From assembly GCF_001447785.1 (NCBI RefSeq), contig NW_015172686.1, positions 4,041-68,040 on the forward strand: DNA of 64,000 nucleotides. Reading direction: 5' to 3'. A program made the translations under genes and the position numbers. The notes beneath the pieces are model-generated. The model saw only the letters and a program-made list of their open reading frames with translations. It was not told the origin of the DNA and did no database searches. Source of the stretch: Gekko japonicus (Eukaryota). Below, piece after piece: positions 12,214 to 23,317 of the stretch (positions are counted from its first letter, which is position 1; every line of letters begins with the position of its first letter).

Positions 12214-12888
12214 TGTGACGACCTCTTATCTGGGGAGGTCTGGTTTACCTTTAAAAGTTCTTATGTTTTATTTTCCAATGGGTAATCTGGCTGCCACCAG
12301 GGAAATGTAGGCTTTCCCACACCTATTTCTATAATATTTTCTTCTTCTGGTTTTGGTATTGTGACCCAGGGTCTGGGCTTTCGAAGGACTATGTGTTTCC
12401 TGAGAAGAATTTCGTTCAGAACTGTTATCTTAAATAAAAGTAGATTTATTTGATGTTTCACACACTTTTCCCTCTTACTGACAGGGATCTGGGCATGTCG
12501 CTTCGTAACAATATTTTCCTTTGACCATATATGGTTACTGTTTCTTTATGCTTTAACTTTTCATAACACACACAAGACTTCTCTCTCTCAGACCTTAAAA
12601 TGAACAAACTGCTTAATTCTTTTACTAGACAGAACTTATAACAACTGCTTTCACACAGCACTCTCTGCTGACTCTTTTTCCAACAGACATCTCTATCTAA
12701 CCGTCACCCTTCAACTGCCACTCTTGACTAACATATCGGTTCATCCACACAGCATCCATTCCAAAATCCCTCTCCCTCTCTGTCACTCACCAACCATATC
12801 ACTTGCTTGAGTCCAGCACTCTAGAAAATCACAGCCATGCAAACCAACCTTTTAAAGTCACACACACACAAAACATGAAATCGTTACA
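12214..12888. mobile_element. Solo LTR (Gypsy-like)
   Basis: TGTGACGA...TCGTTACA termini, 5-bp TSD ATTAT. Confidence 0.8.
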
Positions 12889-12919
12889 ATTATAATTAAT
12901 TATAAATAATTAATTGTAC

Positions 12920-13925
12920 AAAATATTTGTGGATGACATTCTGATGGTATTTACAGACGAGGTAAAATTTGTGCAATTTTTTAATTGGATAAATACTTTG
13001 CATCCAACTATTAAATTTGTCAGTAAGCATCATCACGAACATATACATTTTTAGACACTATCATTTTGATAGGATCCAATCAAAAGTTGTTCATCAGCAC
13101 CTTTCATAAACCAGTGGACAAAAATTCATATTTGAATTATAAATAATTTCATCCACCACAACTAAAAAACAATATCCCATTTGGACTACTTTTACATTTA
13201 AAAAAGAATTCTACTCTTACCAGTGATTTTCCCAGAGAAGCTGGGATTTTACTTCAACATTTTTCTAAGAAAGGTTATCCCTTTTAGATACTGCATCAGG
13301 CAAAACATCATCTTGGGAAGGTAAGCAATTGTTAAAACAGAAAGTTCAAAATACTTCTCATTACAATGTGCATTTCAGTATTCTTTATGAACATGTCCTA
13401 TTAAAAATATTGTGCATAAATATTGGCATATATTGTCAGATACCCCTGGATGCACACAAAACCTTTGATGGAATTAAGGAAAAGAAGGAATCTAAGTAAT
13501 ATGTTAATTAGATCCAACTGTAGTGAGGTTCCTAAACCATTGTTATCTAATATAGCTCACTACCATTGTGGAAGAGGATGTCAGGTTTGCCATCTAGGTA
13601 CTGCAACAAAAGAATCTCACCACTCTAAAGCGTTGGGCTCATGAAAACTGTCACAATACACAAACTGCAACTCAAATAACATAATATATTGTGTTATATG
13701 CAAATGTAATTTATTATACATAGGTATGAGTACCTGACCTGTTAAAATTAACATCCAATAACATATTTCTTAAATAAAAAAATAGAATTCAGAATGCACC
13801 AATGGTAAATCATTTCCTGCGGATTCCACATGCTCCTGAAGACTTTAAATTTTTAGTTTTATTTCAGTTTCATTCACACATATATATTATGAACACTTTT
13901 CAAGTGTTACTACAGAAGGAGGCTG
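12920..13925 (+). mobile_element. Penelope-like element fragment (RT C-terminus and GIY-YIG endonuclease)
   Basis: VDDILMV..INTLHPTIKF..FHKPVDKNSYLNY..HP..LKNNIPFG; NCNSNNIIYCVICKCNLLYIG; stops and frameshifts. Confidence 0.85.
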
Positions 13926-14108
13926 TACCAGTCATTAAGAGATAAAAAGACAGCCAACGTACAGCGTTGGCATTTGCCTCATTTTACATCTCTGTACCAT
14001 AAGATTCTGCCCTTTGCTGGAATCCATCAGGTGTTGTTTGATCAACCTGTGCTAATTCATCAGGATACTGCTATACTTGCTGTTTTTTCACTACGTTCCT
14101 TTTACATA

Positions 14109-14385
14109 AAAAAGGTAACGGTTCCCTTGCTCGAAAGCCAGTTGAGTCCGACTCTAGGGTTGCGGTGCTCATCTCCGTTTCAAAGCCGAAGAGCCAGCGC
14201 TGTCCGAAGACATTTCCGTGGTCATGTGGCCGGCATGACTAAACACCAAAGCGCACAGAATGCTGTTACCTTCCCAGCGAAGTGGTACCTATTTATCTAC
14301 TTGCAATTTCTTGCTTTCAAACTGCTAGGTTGGCAGGAGCTGGAACTAGAGACGGGAGCTCACTCCGTCATGCGGCAACTTAGGT
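14109..14385 (-). mobile_element. Sauria SINE, 5'-truncated
   Basis: Reverse complement of 7275-7537; 10-bp TSD CTTTTACATA. Confidence 0.9.
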
Positions 14386-14642
14386 CTTTTACATACTTGA
14401 ATATATATTCCCCCTTGAAGGCACACAAAAGATCCTGATGACATAACAACCAAAAACTCTGTCAAGTATCATTTTTTCAATGTTTTCCCTAACAATAATT
14501 TCAGAAGAAAATGATTGTTTGCCTGATTCTCACTGAATCAACAGAACAAACACAGAGAACAATTTCCATATATGACCATTTTACTGCTGATTCAATACTG
14601 GGTAAATTCCTTGACATATCCCAGGGCATTCAAAAATCATAC

Positions 14643-14870
14643 CTGGTTGAACACAGTGGGCCATACAATGGCTTTGTCATGAATGATGATTGTTTTGTCT
14701 GAGAGAGCCCTTGAGTCTGTCTTTCCCACTTTGACTCTAAGGAAGGACTGGTTCGGGAATGTGACCCAGCTGACAATATCAAGTTCAGTTACTAGTTCCC
14801 CATTGTGGTCAAAGGAAATCCTTTCCCCAGCACTGTTGTTGAAGGAAATACTTCTCAGAAAGCGGTTGAG
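14643..14870 (-). CDS. V2R gene A exon 4
   Basis: LNRFLRSISFNNSAGERISFDHNGE...WVTFPNQSFLRVKVG...WPTVFNQ; 228 bp open; tttag/GTATG. Confidence 0.95.
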
Positions 14871-15121
14871 CTAAATGGACAGAAAAAGCAAATCACTAAT
14901 TCATAAGGATAAGTACTACATGCAAATATGTAATATGCTGATACACTTTCAAACAAGAGAACTTGTGCTATTTGTTCTCCTTAAACATATGTTCTTACTC
15001 GCAACTGGGTGATTTAGAAAATTTAAGACATCAATGTCACAAATTCAAAACAAATACAAACTAGAAAACACTAATGGCAGCCTAAAAACTAAGCCTCGTA
15101 TGGTGCTGGAAATGGCTCTCA

Positions 15122-15765
15122 AGTTGCAGGCAAACTATGGCGACCTTTTAGGGTTTTCCAGGCAAGAGAGGAATAGAGGTGGTTTGCAGTTGCCTGCCTC
15201 TGGCCCCGTTCATACGAGGCAGTTTGGGCCGGGAGCGGGCCAGATCGGAAGTGTGGCAAACGGGAGCGATCCGACGTCAACATCTGCCTGGCGTCGCGCT
15301 CCCGCCTCCGATCCGGCCCTTTTCCCATTGATGCGCTGCAAAAATGAACCACCTACCTTAGGTGGTTCATCCGTTTGGGCCGCATCTTCCTGGCCGTGGG
15401 ATCGGCGGCGCGTCTTGCCGCCGCCGCATCCCCGGCCCCCGGTCGAACTGCGCATGCCCGAGCATGCGCAGTTCGGCAGCCTCCCCCTCCCACTCGCCTC
15501 TTTCTCCCCGGCATCTGATCGTGCCGGGGAGCAACGGCGCGCTGCTAACGGGATCCGTGGGATCCCGCTGAGGCATTTCTTTTTTGGCGCGGCTTTTAAA
15601 AGCCGCGCTTCTCCTCGTTTTTTCCCTGCCGTGTGGCAGGGGCCTCTGTGTAGCAATACTTAACTTCCTGAGTTGTCTCCTATGCAACTACTAACCAAGG
15701 ACAATTCAGATTAGCATCTAAGGTCTGATGAGGTTTGGCTAGCCTTGGCCATTGAGGTCAGGGCA
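15122..15765 (-). mobile_element. 5S rRNA-derived SINE (SINE3-type), split by a MITE
   Basis: gtctcctatgcaactactaaccaagg...agcatctaaggtctgatgag is a decayed reverse complement of 5S rRNA. Confidence 0.7.
15202..15644. mobile_element. PIF/Harbinger-like GC-rich MITE
   Basis: TIRs GGCCCCGTTCATACG / rc GGCCCCTGCCACACG; 3-bp TSD TCT; internal palindrome gaactgcgcatgc-ccga-gcatgcgcagttc. Confidence 0.85.
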
Positions 15766-16106
15766 AGCCCCATAACCCCCCCCCCAATATAGTGGTAAAA
15801 CTAAACAAATCTTTAAGCCGCTTTGAACCCTCCTGGTTGGCAAGAATGAAGAGTTAAAGCTAGTTTCATCAATAAAACCATTAGAACAGAAAACTCTAAC
15901 ATCAAGCTCTCAAATAACAGAACCAATGAATCTGTATAAGGTAACAATAAACAACAAGATGGGTAGCCGTGTTAGTCTGTCCATAGCAGCAGAAAAGAGC
16001 AAGAGTCCAGGAGCACCTTAAAAACTAACAAAACATGTGGCAGGGTATGAGCTTTCCTGAGTCACTGCTCACCTTCAGATTCTAAATATCTTAAAGGGTC
16101 TCCTTA

Positions 16107-16397
16107 AGGAGAGCCAGTTTGGTGTAGTGGTTAAGTGCGTGGACTCTAATCTGGGAGAACTGGGTCTGATTCCCCACTCCTCCACTTGCACCTGCTGGAT
16201 GACCTTGGGCAAGCCATAGTTCTGGCACAGCTGTTCTTGAAAAAGAGCAGTTTCTGTCACAGCTCTCTCCATTCCACCTACCTCACAGGGTGTCTGTTGT
16301 GGGGAGGGGAAGGGAAAGGAATTTCTGAGCCGCTCTGAGACACCTTTGGGTAGTGAAGGGCGGGGTATAAATCCAATCTCCTCCTCCTCCTCCTCCT
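16107..16397 (+). mobile_element. tRNA-derived SINE (Squam3-like) with (CCT)n/(CTT)n tail continuing at 16827-16859
   Basis: ggtgtagtggttaa box A, gggtctgattcccc box B, simple-repeat tail. Confidence 0.85.
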
Positions 16398-16826
16398 TGT
16401 TGGATCCCCAGGCATTCGAAATAACTCCACGTTTGGATCAAAGTAAGGTTTATTTCAAAGCGATGGTTCAAACAGGAACAAGGACATTGTTAGGAATAAC
16501 TGCGAATACACATGATCAACATAATAAAGAGATTTGATCCAGGTGAGGGCCAATGAGCCCAGTTCCCGCTGGCGGGAATAGAACTTAGAAACGCGCGCCC
16601 ATTTCATGGGAACATAACAGTTCTACACAATCAACACAGGTTCAGTTCACAGGCTAGATACCCATAACAAGCCGAGCGAAGCACCGACTCCCACCACCAG
16701 CTGCATGACCTTGGCCAGTTCCGCAAAGTACAGAGTAAGCAGAAGGAAGCAAAAGAACCCGGGGGGGGGGAATGTTACAAGAAGCGTTAAGCAGGTAACA
16801 CCAGATACAATGGCAGCTAGCTGACA
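16398..16826. mobile_element. Probable solo LTR inserted in the SINE microsatellite tail
   Basis: TGTTGG...CTGACA termini flanked by CTCCT (TSD ambiguous inside a repeat). Confidence 0.6.
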
Positions 16827-17670
16827 CTCCTCCTCCTCCTCCTCCTCTTCTTCTTCTTCAGGACCATCTGAAGAAGTGAGCAATGACTCACAAAAGGTCA
16901 TACCCTGCCACATATTTTATTAGTCTTTAAGGTTCTACTGAACTCTTGCTCTTTTCTACTAATATAAGAAATTTAAAACATCTGTGTTATAGAAAGAATC
17001 AGTTATACTACATCTTTTTTGGCCATAGGCAAGAGCCCAATAATCATGTTTTGTGTCAGGAGATAAAGTGGAGTGTGGCAAAGGACCTTCAGGTGTTCTT
17101 GGATGGTTCATCTCTCCTTGAACTAGGCTTCCAAAACAGCAACAACCATGGATTGCTTCAAGGAGTGGGACTTTGTTACACTAAACACTCTGGATGTGTA
17201 CTACTATTCTGGGAAATCACAGTATCAACCCAAACCAGCTTTTTCTGTATATATATATATTGGCTTGTCCATTTCGTTAGGCACACCTCTAGTTATAAGT
17301 GATTAACAAATAAATTGTACTGTCTGAGAAGAACAAATGCAGTAAGAGTCTGTAACGGATTGCACTTTTTAAGAGGCTTAGAAGTGCTGTGATCAAGATG
17401 AAATGGAATCCATACAAGAAAAAAGTGAAGTTGGTTGGAGACCCTGATGTCCCAGTGGGGATGAATCTGACACTTTGGGGTGGGGTGGATGAAATTATGT
17501 ACGAGTGAGCAAGTGAAGATTTAGAGGGATGCTCTTGGACCCATCCTTGCTGAAATATTTTGTGGTAACTTGTTCTTGTGGTGGTTTGTTAGCCATCATA
17601 AATTTGTGGAGAAAATGCGGGGTACAACAAAGTGCATTTAACAAATAAGTGTATATGCTTAGAATGTCAC

Positions 17671-18531
17671 CTGCCACAATTGTTGGTCTAGATGATTCCA
17701 TCGCTCACCATATACTGTGGCTCTATATTTGAATCTGAAGGACAGCATGTTCTGCAAAGCACATACCACAGCATAAACACAATTATAGATGCTGTAGCTA
17801 TGAGCAGTTGTGATTGTTTCAAAAACAGATTTGGGGAGAGCCTCCAGCTTCTCCTCTCCAGTGCACATTTCTCCATTCTTGTTGTCTACCATGGAGGTTG
17901 GGAATGAACACAGAAATGCCTGTTGCCAGAAGGGCCTGATGAAGCCATCTTCTTTTTCAGAGGTAAGATTTTTCTCCTGAATAAATTTCTGGAATCCTGA
18001 GAGCTCCGCTGAATGAATTGCAAAGGATAGGGCGCCATGGACAAAAGCGATGTCCCAGTTTCTTTGAAAGGGTAGTGAGGTGAAGTCCATCTGAGCTGTC
18101 AAAATCCAGATTTTACCTGTTGTCTTAACTGCTCTATCCTCAAGTTCTGGGAGCTGAAGGAAAAATCTTAAAATTATCATGGTGTGAATTTCACCATGTA
18201 GGACCAGAGCTTTGGCGGTGCTTCCCATAACAAATGTGTATGTTTTGACTGCCTCTGCCAATGTTTCAGCAATTTCATTAGAAAATTTTATTGGTGGCAT
18301 TGTTACTATGAAGTCAAAGCAGATGCCATTCTGGGATAGCATAGGAACCATATCCTGTACAAATTGTTCTCCAGTCTCATCGTTCAGATAAATCACCCCA
18401 ATCCATGTCCACCTGAAATACAGCAATAAATGAAGAATCCCCAAATTCTGATGGGTCTGATTTGGGAACATATGGAGGAAGAAAACAGATTGTGTTTTGT
18501 TTTCCATCTTTGGTGCAGAACCATATGAAAT
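17671..18531 (-). CDS. V2R gene A exon 3 (Venus flytrap domain)
   Basis: ISYGSAPKMENK...LLLYFRWTWIG...SYSIYNCVYAVVCALQ; 861 bp; ctag/GTGAC. Confidence 0.95.
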
Positions 18532-18900
18532 CTAGAGAAAATGAAGAGAAAAAAAAGGAAAGAGATTTCAAAACTAAAGTTAGTGTCTATTTGGTATCCA
18601 AATCACAGTACTGAATGTATAACTTGGCCTGTCAAGTAAAGTCATCTTTTATATTAATGTAGCCCAAGATGAGATACAATGGCTCTAAAATCTTATACCA
18701 TTGGTACACACACACACAAACGCATTAACTAAGTACCAAGGAATGTAAGGAATTCTCTTCCAGGTACTGTCTTCCATCTTTAAGTTGCACATGAGTTGTA
18801 TAGATCCATATGGGGATGCTAGTTTTTGTCTCCTAATCATATTCTAAATAAGCAGAAAAGTGTTAAGAGCTTGTTAACGTTTCATTCATCTTCACCTTAC

Positions 18901-19192
18901 CTGTGGAATCTTGTAGATGCAGAGAATGGCTGCCGTAAAGAGAGAAATGTCAGAGTTCGGTCCTGCGATGACTGCTACTGGATGGTTCTTGGCATCACAC
19001 TTGTAGTTGGGAATTAATCTGCCATGTGTGGAGAGAAGTTCCACTGAAGCGAGACAGGTCCAACTTGCAGTGAAATGGCTGTTGTAGATGTCAAAGCCCA
19101 GAGTGATGTTCGGTAAGATCAGGGGATTTTCATTGATCTCTCTTACAGCAAAATCCAAGGCCAGAATGTGCTGGTAGTTCTGAGTCAGGAAC
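18901..19192 (-). CDS. V2R gene A exon 2
   Basis: [30 protein letters not shown]...IPNYKC...YKIPQ; 292 bp; gcag/GTAAG. Confidence 0.95.
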
Positions 19193-19800
19193 CTGCAAGA
19201 AAAGCAGACAAATTCAAGCTGAACATGAAGTTTCCTTGTCTCTGATTCCAGCCCAGCATAACAGATATCAATGGTTATCTTTAATCTAGACACTAGAAAG
19301 ATGTAGAACACAAATACCTCAATGCTCAGACAAGATCAAAAATATCCTTTCCCCCAGGAAAGAAGGCATAAAAATTCTCTAAACAGTAAATAAATATCTT
19401 GCTTGGAATAATCAGAATGCGAAAAAAGAAACGCAAAAAAAAAAAAAGAATGACACACATACTCGTTTAGAGAAATCAGATTAACTCTTTCCCAGCTACA
19501 TATCTTATCCTTAACTAGTAGACTTGAATGTTGAGTATCTCTTGGTGCAATAGAGGATGACAGAGGAGACACAATTCTGCTGAACAAATCTTGAAAAGTG
19601 GCTAATGTAATAAACTTTGTTCTAAAATAACCCTGAAAAGCATGAAAGAAGAAATCCCCACATATCCACAACACCTAGGCTCGGAGATCAAGCATGCAAA
19701 AATAAAAAGTGAAGAAAACACAGTGCCAACCACTTTCCAGCTCAATGAATCTCAATCATGTCTACATGAACGATTTGGTGAAAAAAGAGCAGTTTCTTAC

Positions 19801-20015
19801 AAAAGGTCGTCAAACAGTTCCTGAGAGGGACATTTTTGAAATGTTACTGGACTGGGATATATAAAGATTTGGGACATAATGCCAGCAAGGATGAGGTCCC
19901 CTGATCTGTAGTATTTGTGAAGGATAGGACGAGGCTCTCTAATGGGGAATTTTACAGGAACCTTACAGATTGCCAGTGGCACTAGCACTAATTTCAGCAC
20001 CACAAAAACCACCAT
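19801..20015 (-). CDS. V2R gene A exon 1 (start placed at the Met shared by A/B/C; an in-frame upstream ATG exists at 20084)
   Basis: MVVFVVLKLVLVPLAIC signal peptide; HKYYRSGDLILAGI; phase-2 donor. Confidence 0.9.
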
Positions 20016-20149
20016 CTTAGGTGGAAAATTTCCTTTGGGGCACCAATACAACTGTTCTAACAATGTCCCTGAGTATCCTGACATGAATGATCATGCAGCT
20101 TGACAGTAATTCAGTCTTTCAGTGTCAGGGCTCAGAACAATGCCCTTGC

Positions 20150-20345
20150 TGTGAATGACTGAAGGAATATTAATAGCATCCTTCATGTCTGAATAACAGT
20201 TTTTCTAGCAGCTGCTGGCTGTCTCTGGGGACCTGGAATAGATGCAGAAGTAATTGTGGTTAATTTGATAACTGCAGGGTGATAATCTATCCAGAAATAC
20301 TGCAGAAAAACACACACCATTCTAATGTTATTTTCCTCATTTGGA
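20150..20345 (-). promoter_or_regulatory. Putative promoter of gene A
   Basis: TATTAATA 20168-20175; TCTCTGGGGA 20222-20231; TAATTG 20251. Confidence 0.5.
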
Positions 20346-20655
20346 TTTTTTTGGGGGGATTAGTATTATTATTACTTCTATCATGCCATCAAAATGTGTG
20401 GATATTTACAAGGAAGCAGCACCCTGACACAGTGACCTTGCAATGGAAAGTGTCATGATCAAATACACTGAATTGATGCCAGTGATCCCTGCAGTTTTGC
20501 CAGTCTGCCACTTTGGGGCAGGCGATGTCCCATTCCTTGCTCTGAGTGGCAACAGGAGAAAACTAAAATACGTAATGGCCATCAGAAATGCTGTGATGTC
20601 ATTTCTGGGGAAAACCTAGAAATAGCATCATACCTGTCTAGGAAACGCTGGAGAC

Positions 20656-20861
20656 CAGTGTTCCCTCTAAGCTGAGTTAGTGTGAGCTAGCTCATAGTTT
20701 TTTAGCCTCTGGCTCACACATTTTTATCTTAGCTCAGAAAGGATGGCTCCAGAACAAACTAATTTGTGCAGGAGCCAAACCACTTGCTCACAAATTTAAT
20801 GCCAGTAGCTTACCAAGTAGAATTTTTGCTCACAAGACTCCAGAGCTTAGAGGGAACATTG
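20656..20861 (+). mobile_element. hAT-like MITE (~200 bp family), copy 1
   Basis: TIR CAGTGTTCCCTCTAAGCT...AGCTTAGAGGGAACATTG; flanking direct repeat gctggagac. Confidence 0.9.
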
Positions 20862-21059
20862 GCTGGAGACTATGGTAAAACTGTCAAGTTTCTAGTGCTT
20901 CCTAGAGAGAACTAACATCACTTCCAGGTTTTACATCAGAAGTGATGTTAGTCCTTTCTAGGAATTGTCAGAAACTCTATTGCTTTGTCATAGGGTTTCC
21001 ATAAGTGACATTGTTCCATCTTTTGCTTTTCCTAGGCATGTTGCTGATTTTCTCCTGCT

Positions 21060-21710
21060 CTGACCAACATGGTCTGTAGCTCGGTCACATAGCTCACGGT
21101 GTCTTCTTGTTCCAATTACCACTTCCTTCCCATGTATCTGCTATGAGGTCTAGTGGGCCTTGAACACAAAGTCTGAGGAGGAATTAAAAGGGACTGGAGT
21201 GTATTCTTTCTTGTGAGATTTTGAGGAAATTAAACAGTAGATGCTGCAATTTGTTGTCCCAGTTGTTTGGGTGATCTGCCACATAGGTCTGTATCATTCT
21301 TTGAAATGTGCCATTAAAATGTTCAGTAAGGCCATTGGTCTCAGGGTGGTAAGGTGTAGTCTTCAGAAGTGTGATACCACAATATCCAAGCATTTGGTGC
21401 ATCACTTCTGCCATGAAAGAGGTGCTTAAATCAAAGATTATCTATTTTGGTAATCTCAGGCAAGAAAACACAGTCATTAAAGCCTCTGCCACTGTCTTGG
21501 CATCAGTGTTGGTTAAAGGCATTACCTCAGGAAATCTAGTAGCAAAACCCAGTAGAGTCGAAATATATTTATGACCACTCTTAGTTTTTCTATGTAAAGA
21601 GCCTATTACAGCCACTCCCACAAGCTCAAAAGGAGTTGATATAACTGGCAATGGGCAAAGTTGTGCTTTTTTTAATCTCCAGACATTCCCACAGTTTGAA
21701 ATATATGGCA
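21060..21710 (-). mobile_element. Ty3/Gypsy integrase fragment
   Basis: PFELVGV..IG.L..TKSGHKYI...ATRFPEV; TTPYHPETNGLTEHFNGT. Confidence 0.9.
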
Positions 21711-21779
21711 GGACTGGCAAAACCCAGGCCAACAGAACCTGTAGGTTAAACTTCATGTACTAATTCCAGCAATTAAAAT

Positions 21780-22050
21780 TGATACTTCTTAGAAACCACA
21801 AGTTATTTTTGGGTTTCCTACACAGAAGAAAACTGTTTTATCATAGATAGTCTGTACAGGCGATTATCTATCAGCTGGTAGATAGAAGTCTCTATCTTTA
21901 CCTCAAATTGTTTGACCTCTGAAGAAGGCCCCCGCGGGATGAAAATGTGTCAGGTCACTTGTATTTTTCCTTGTTTTCAGGTCAGTTGTACTTTGTAATG
22001 AGCATTGGGCCCTTATATGTTTTTAACTGTTTTTCTAATAAATACATGTA
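21780..22050 (+). mobile_element. Penelope pseudo-LTR fragment with a minimal hammerhead motif (21913-21957)
   Basis: TGACCT-CTGAAGA-...-GAAA-ATGTG-TC-AGGTCA. Confidence 0.6.
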
Positions 22051-22489
22051 TTTTTGTATATAATTATACACTAGGTTTTAAATATTGGCCCTTTATCAGG
22101 CTTCTTTCTTACCTTTGTGGTTCTTTGATTCCATGTATTGGGTCAAGTTTGTTTTCCCTTCCCTGTGTCTTAATGTACTTCAATGGATCATATTCCTTCA
22201 GTTACATTCGATGGGCCTTCATGCAACAGGTCTCTCTCTTTGTTCCCAATAGGCATTCTTGTCATTCGTTTTAGTACATCACTTCCCTCACAGAAACCAC
22301 TCCCTTTGCCATCTATCTGCCATTATTTCCTTTGAAGGACTTTCAGGGAGGCTGGAATGACCATTTTTCAACCAAAATGACATCCAAAATTGTAGGAGAG
22401 TGGGTGTGGCCTGTCCTTTAAAGAACCCCCAGGCTTCAAGCAAAAAAGTCCTAAAGATAATCTATTTCAAAGTTTATAAACAACTAATA

Positions 22490-23317
22490 TCTAATACATT
22501 CATACATATTCAATATGGTCCTTATATAGGACTCCTTAAACAGCTTAAATGCATTAGAATACAGCCAAACTCTCTTCCTGTACAGCCAAGGTCTTCTCTG
22601 AAGTGGTCAGTGTCTAATATATTCATACATATTCAATATGGTCCACCAAGAACTCCTTAAATACAATTCAATATATTTGAGTACAGCCAAACTCTCTTCC
22701 TGTACAGCCAAGGTCTTCTCTGAAGTGGTCAGTGTCTAATATATTCATACATATTCAATATGGTCCACCAAGAACTCCTTAAATACAATTCAATATATTT
22801 GAGTACAGCCAAACTCTCTTCCTGTACAGCCAAGGTCTTCTCTGAAGTGGTCAGTGTCTAATATATTCATACATATTCAATATGGTCCACCAAGAACTCC
22901 TTAAATACAATTCAATATATTTGAGTACAGCCAAACTCTCTTCCTGTACAGCCAAGGTCTTCTCTGAAGTGGTCAGTGTCTAATATATTCATACATATTC
23001 AATATGGTCCACCAAGAACTCCTTAAATACAATTCAATATATTTGAGTACAGCCAAACTCTCTTCCTGTACAGCCAAGGTCTTCTCTGAAGTGGTCAGTG
23101 TCTAATATATTCATACATATTCAATATGGTCCACCAAGAACTCCTTAAATACAATTCAATATATTTGAGTACAGCCAAACTCTCTTCCTGTACAGCCAAG
23201 GTCTTCTCTGAAGTGGTCAATGGCTAAAACATTCATAAATATTCAAGATGGTCCACACAGGACTCCTTAAATACAATTCAGTGTATTAGAGTACAGCCAA
23301 GCCCTCTTCCTGTACAG
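22490..23317. repeat. Minisatellite, 122-bp unit, about 6.8 copies
   Basis: Unit starts at 22613, 22735, 22857, 22979, 23101; inner copies identical, outer copies diverged. Confidence 0.95.

Larger units (their letters stand above)
15958..16960. mobile_element. Penelope-derived non-autonomous element with inverted arms (15958-16080 and 16866-16960), carrying nested insertions
   Basis: Arms are reverse complements containing ctgaagaagtgagc..gactcac.aaa..tcataccctg. Confidence 0.65.

Noticed and set aside
15034-15687. Cluster of long GC-rich ORFs / CpG-island-like promoter
   Set aside because: Explained by a MITE with TIRs and TSD
16107-16185. tRNA-like sequences (also 7191-7270)
   Set aside because: SINE heads, not tRNA genes
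22490-23317. Possible CRISPR-like array
   Set aside because: Whole 122-bp units are identical with no unique spacers; eukaryotic context and no cas genes
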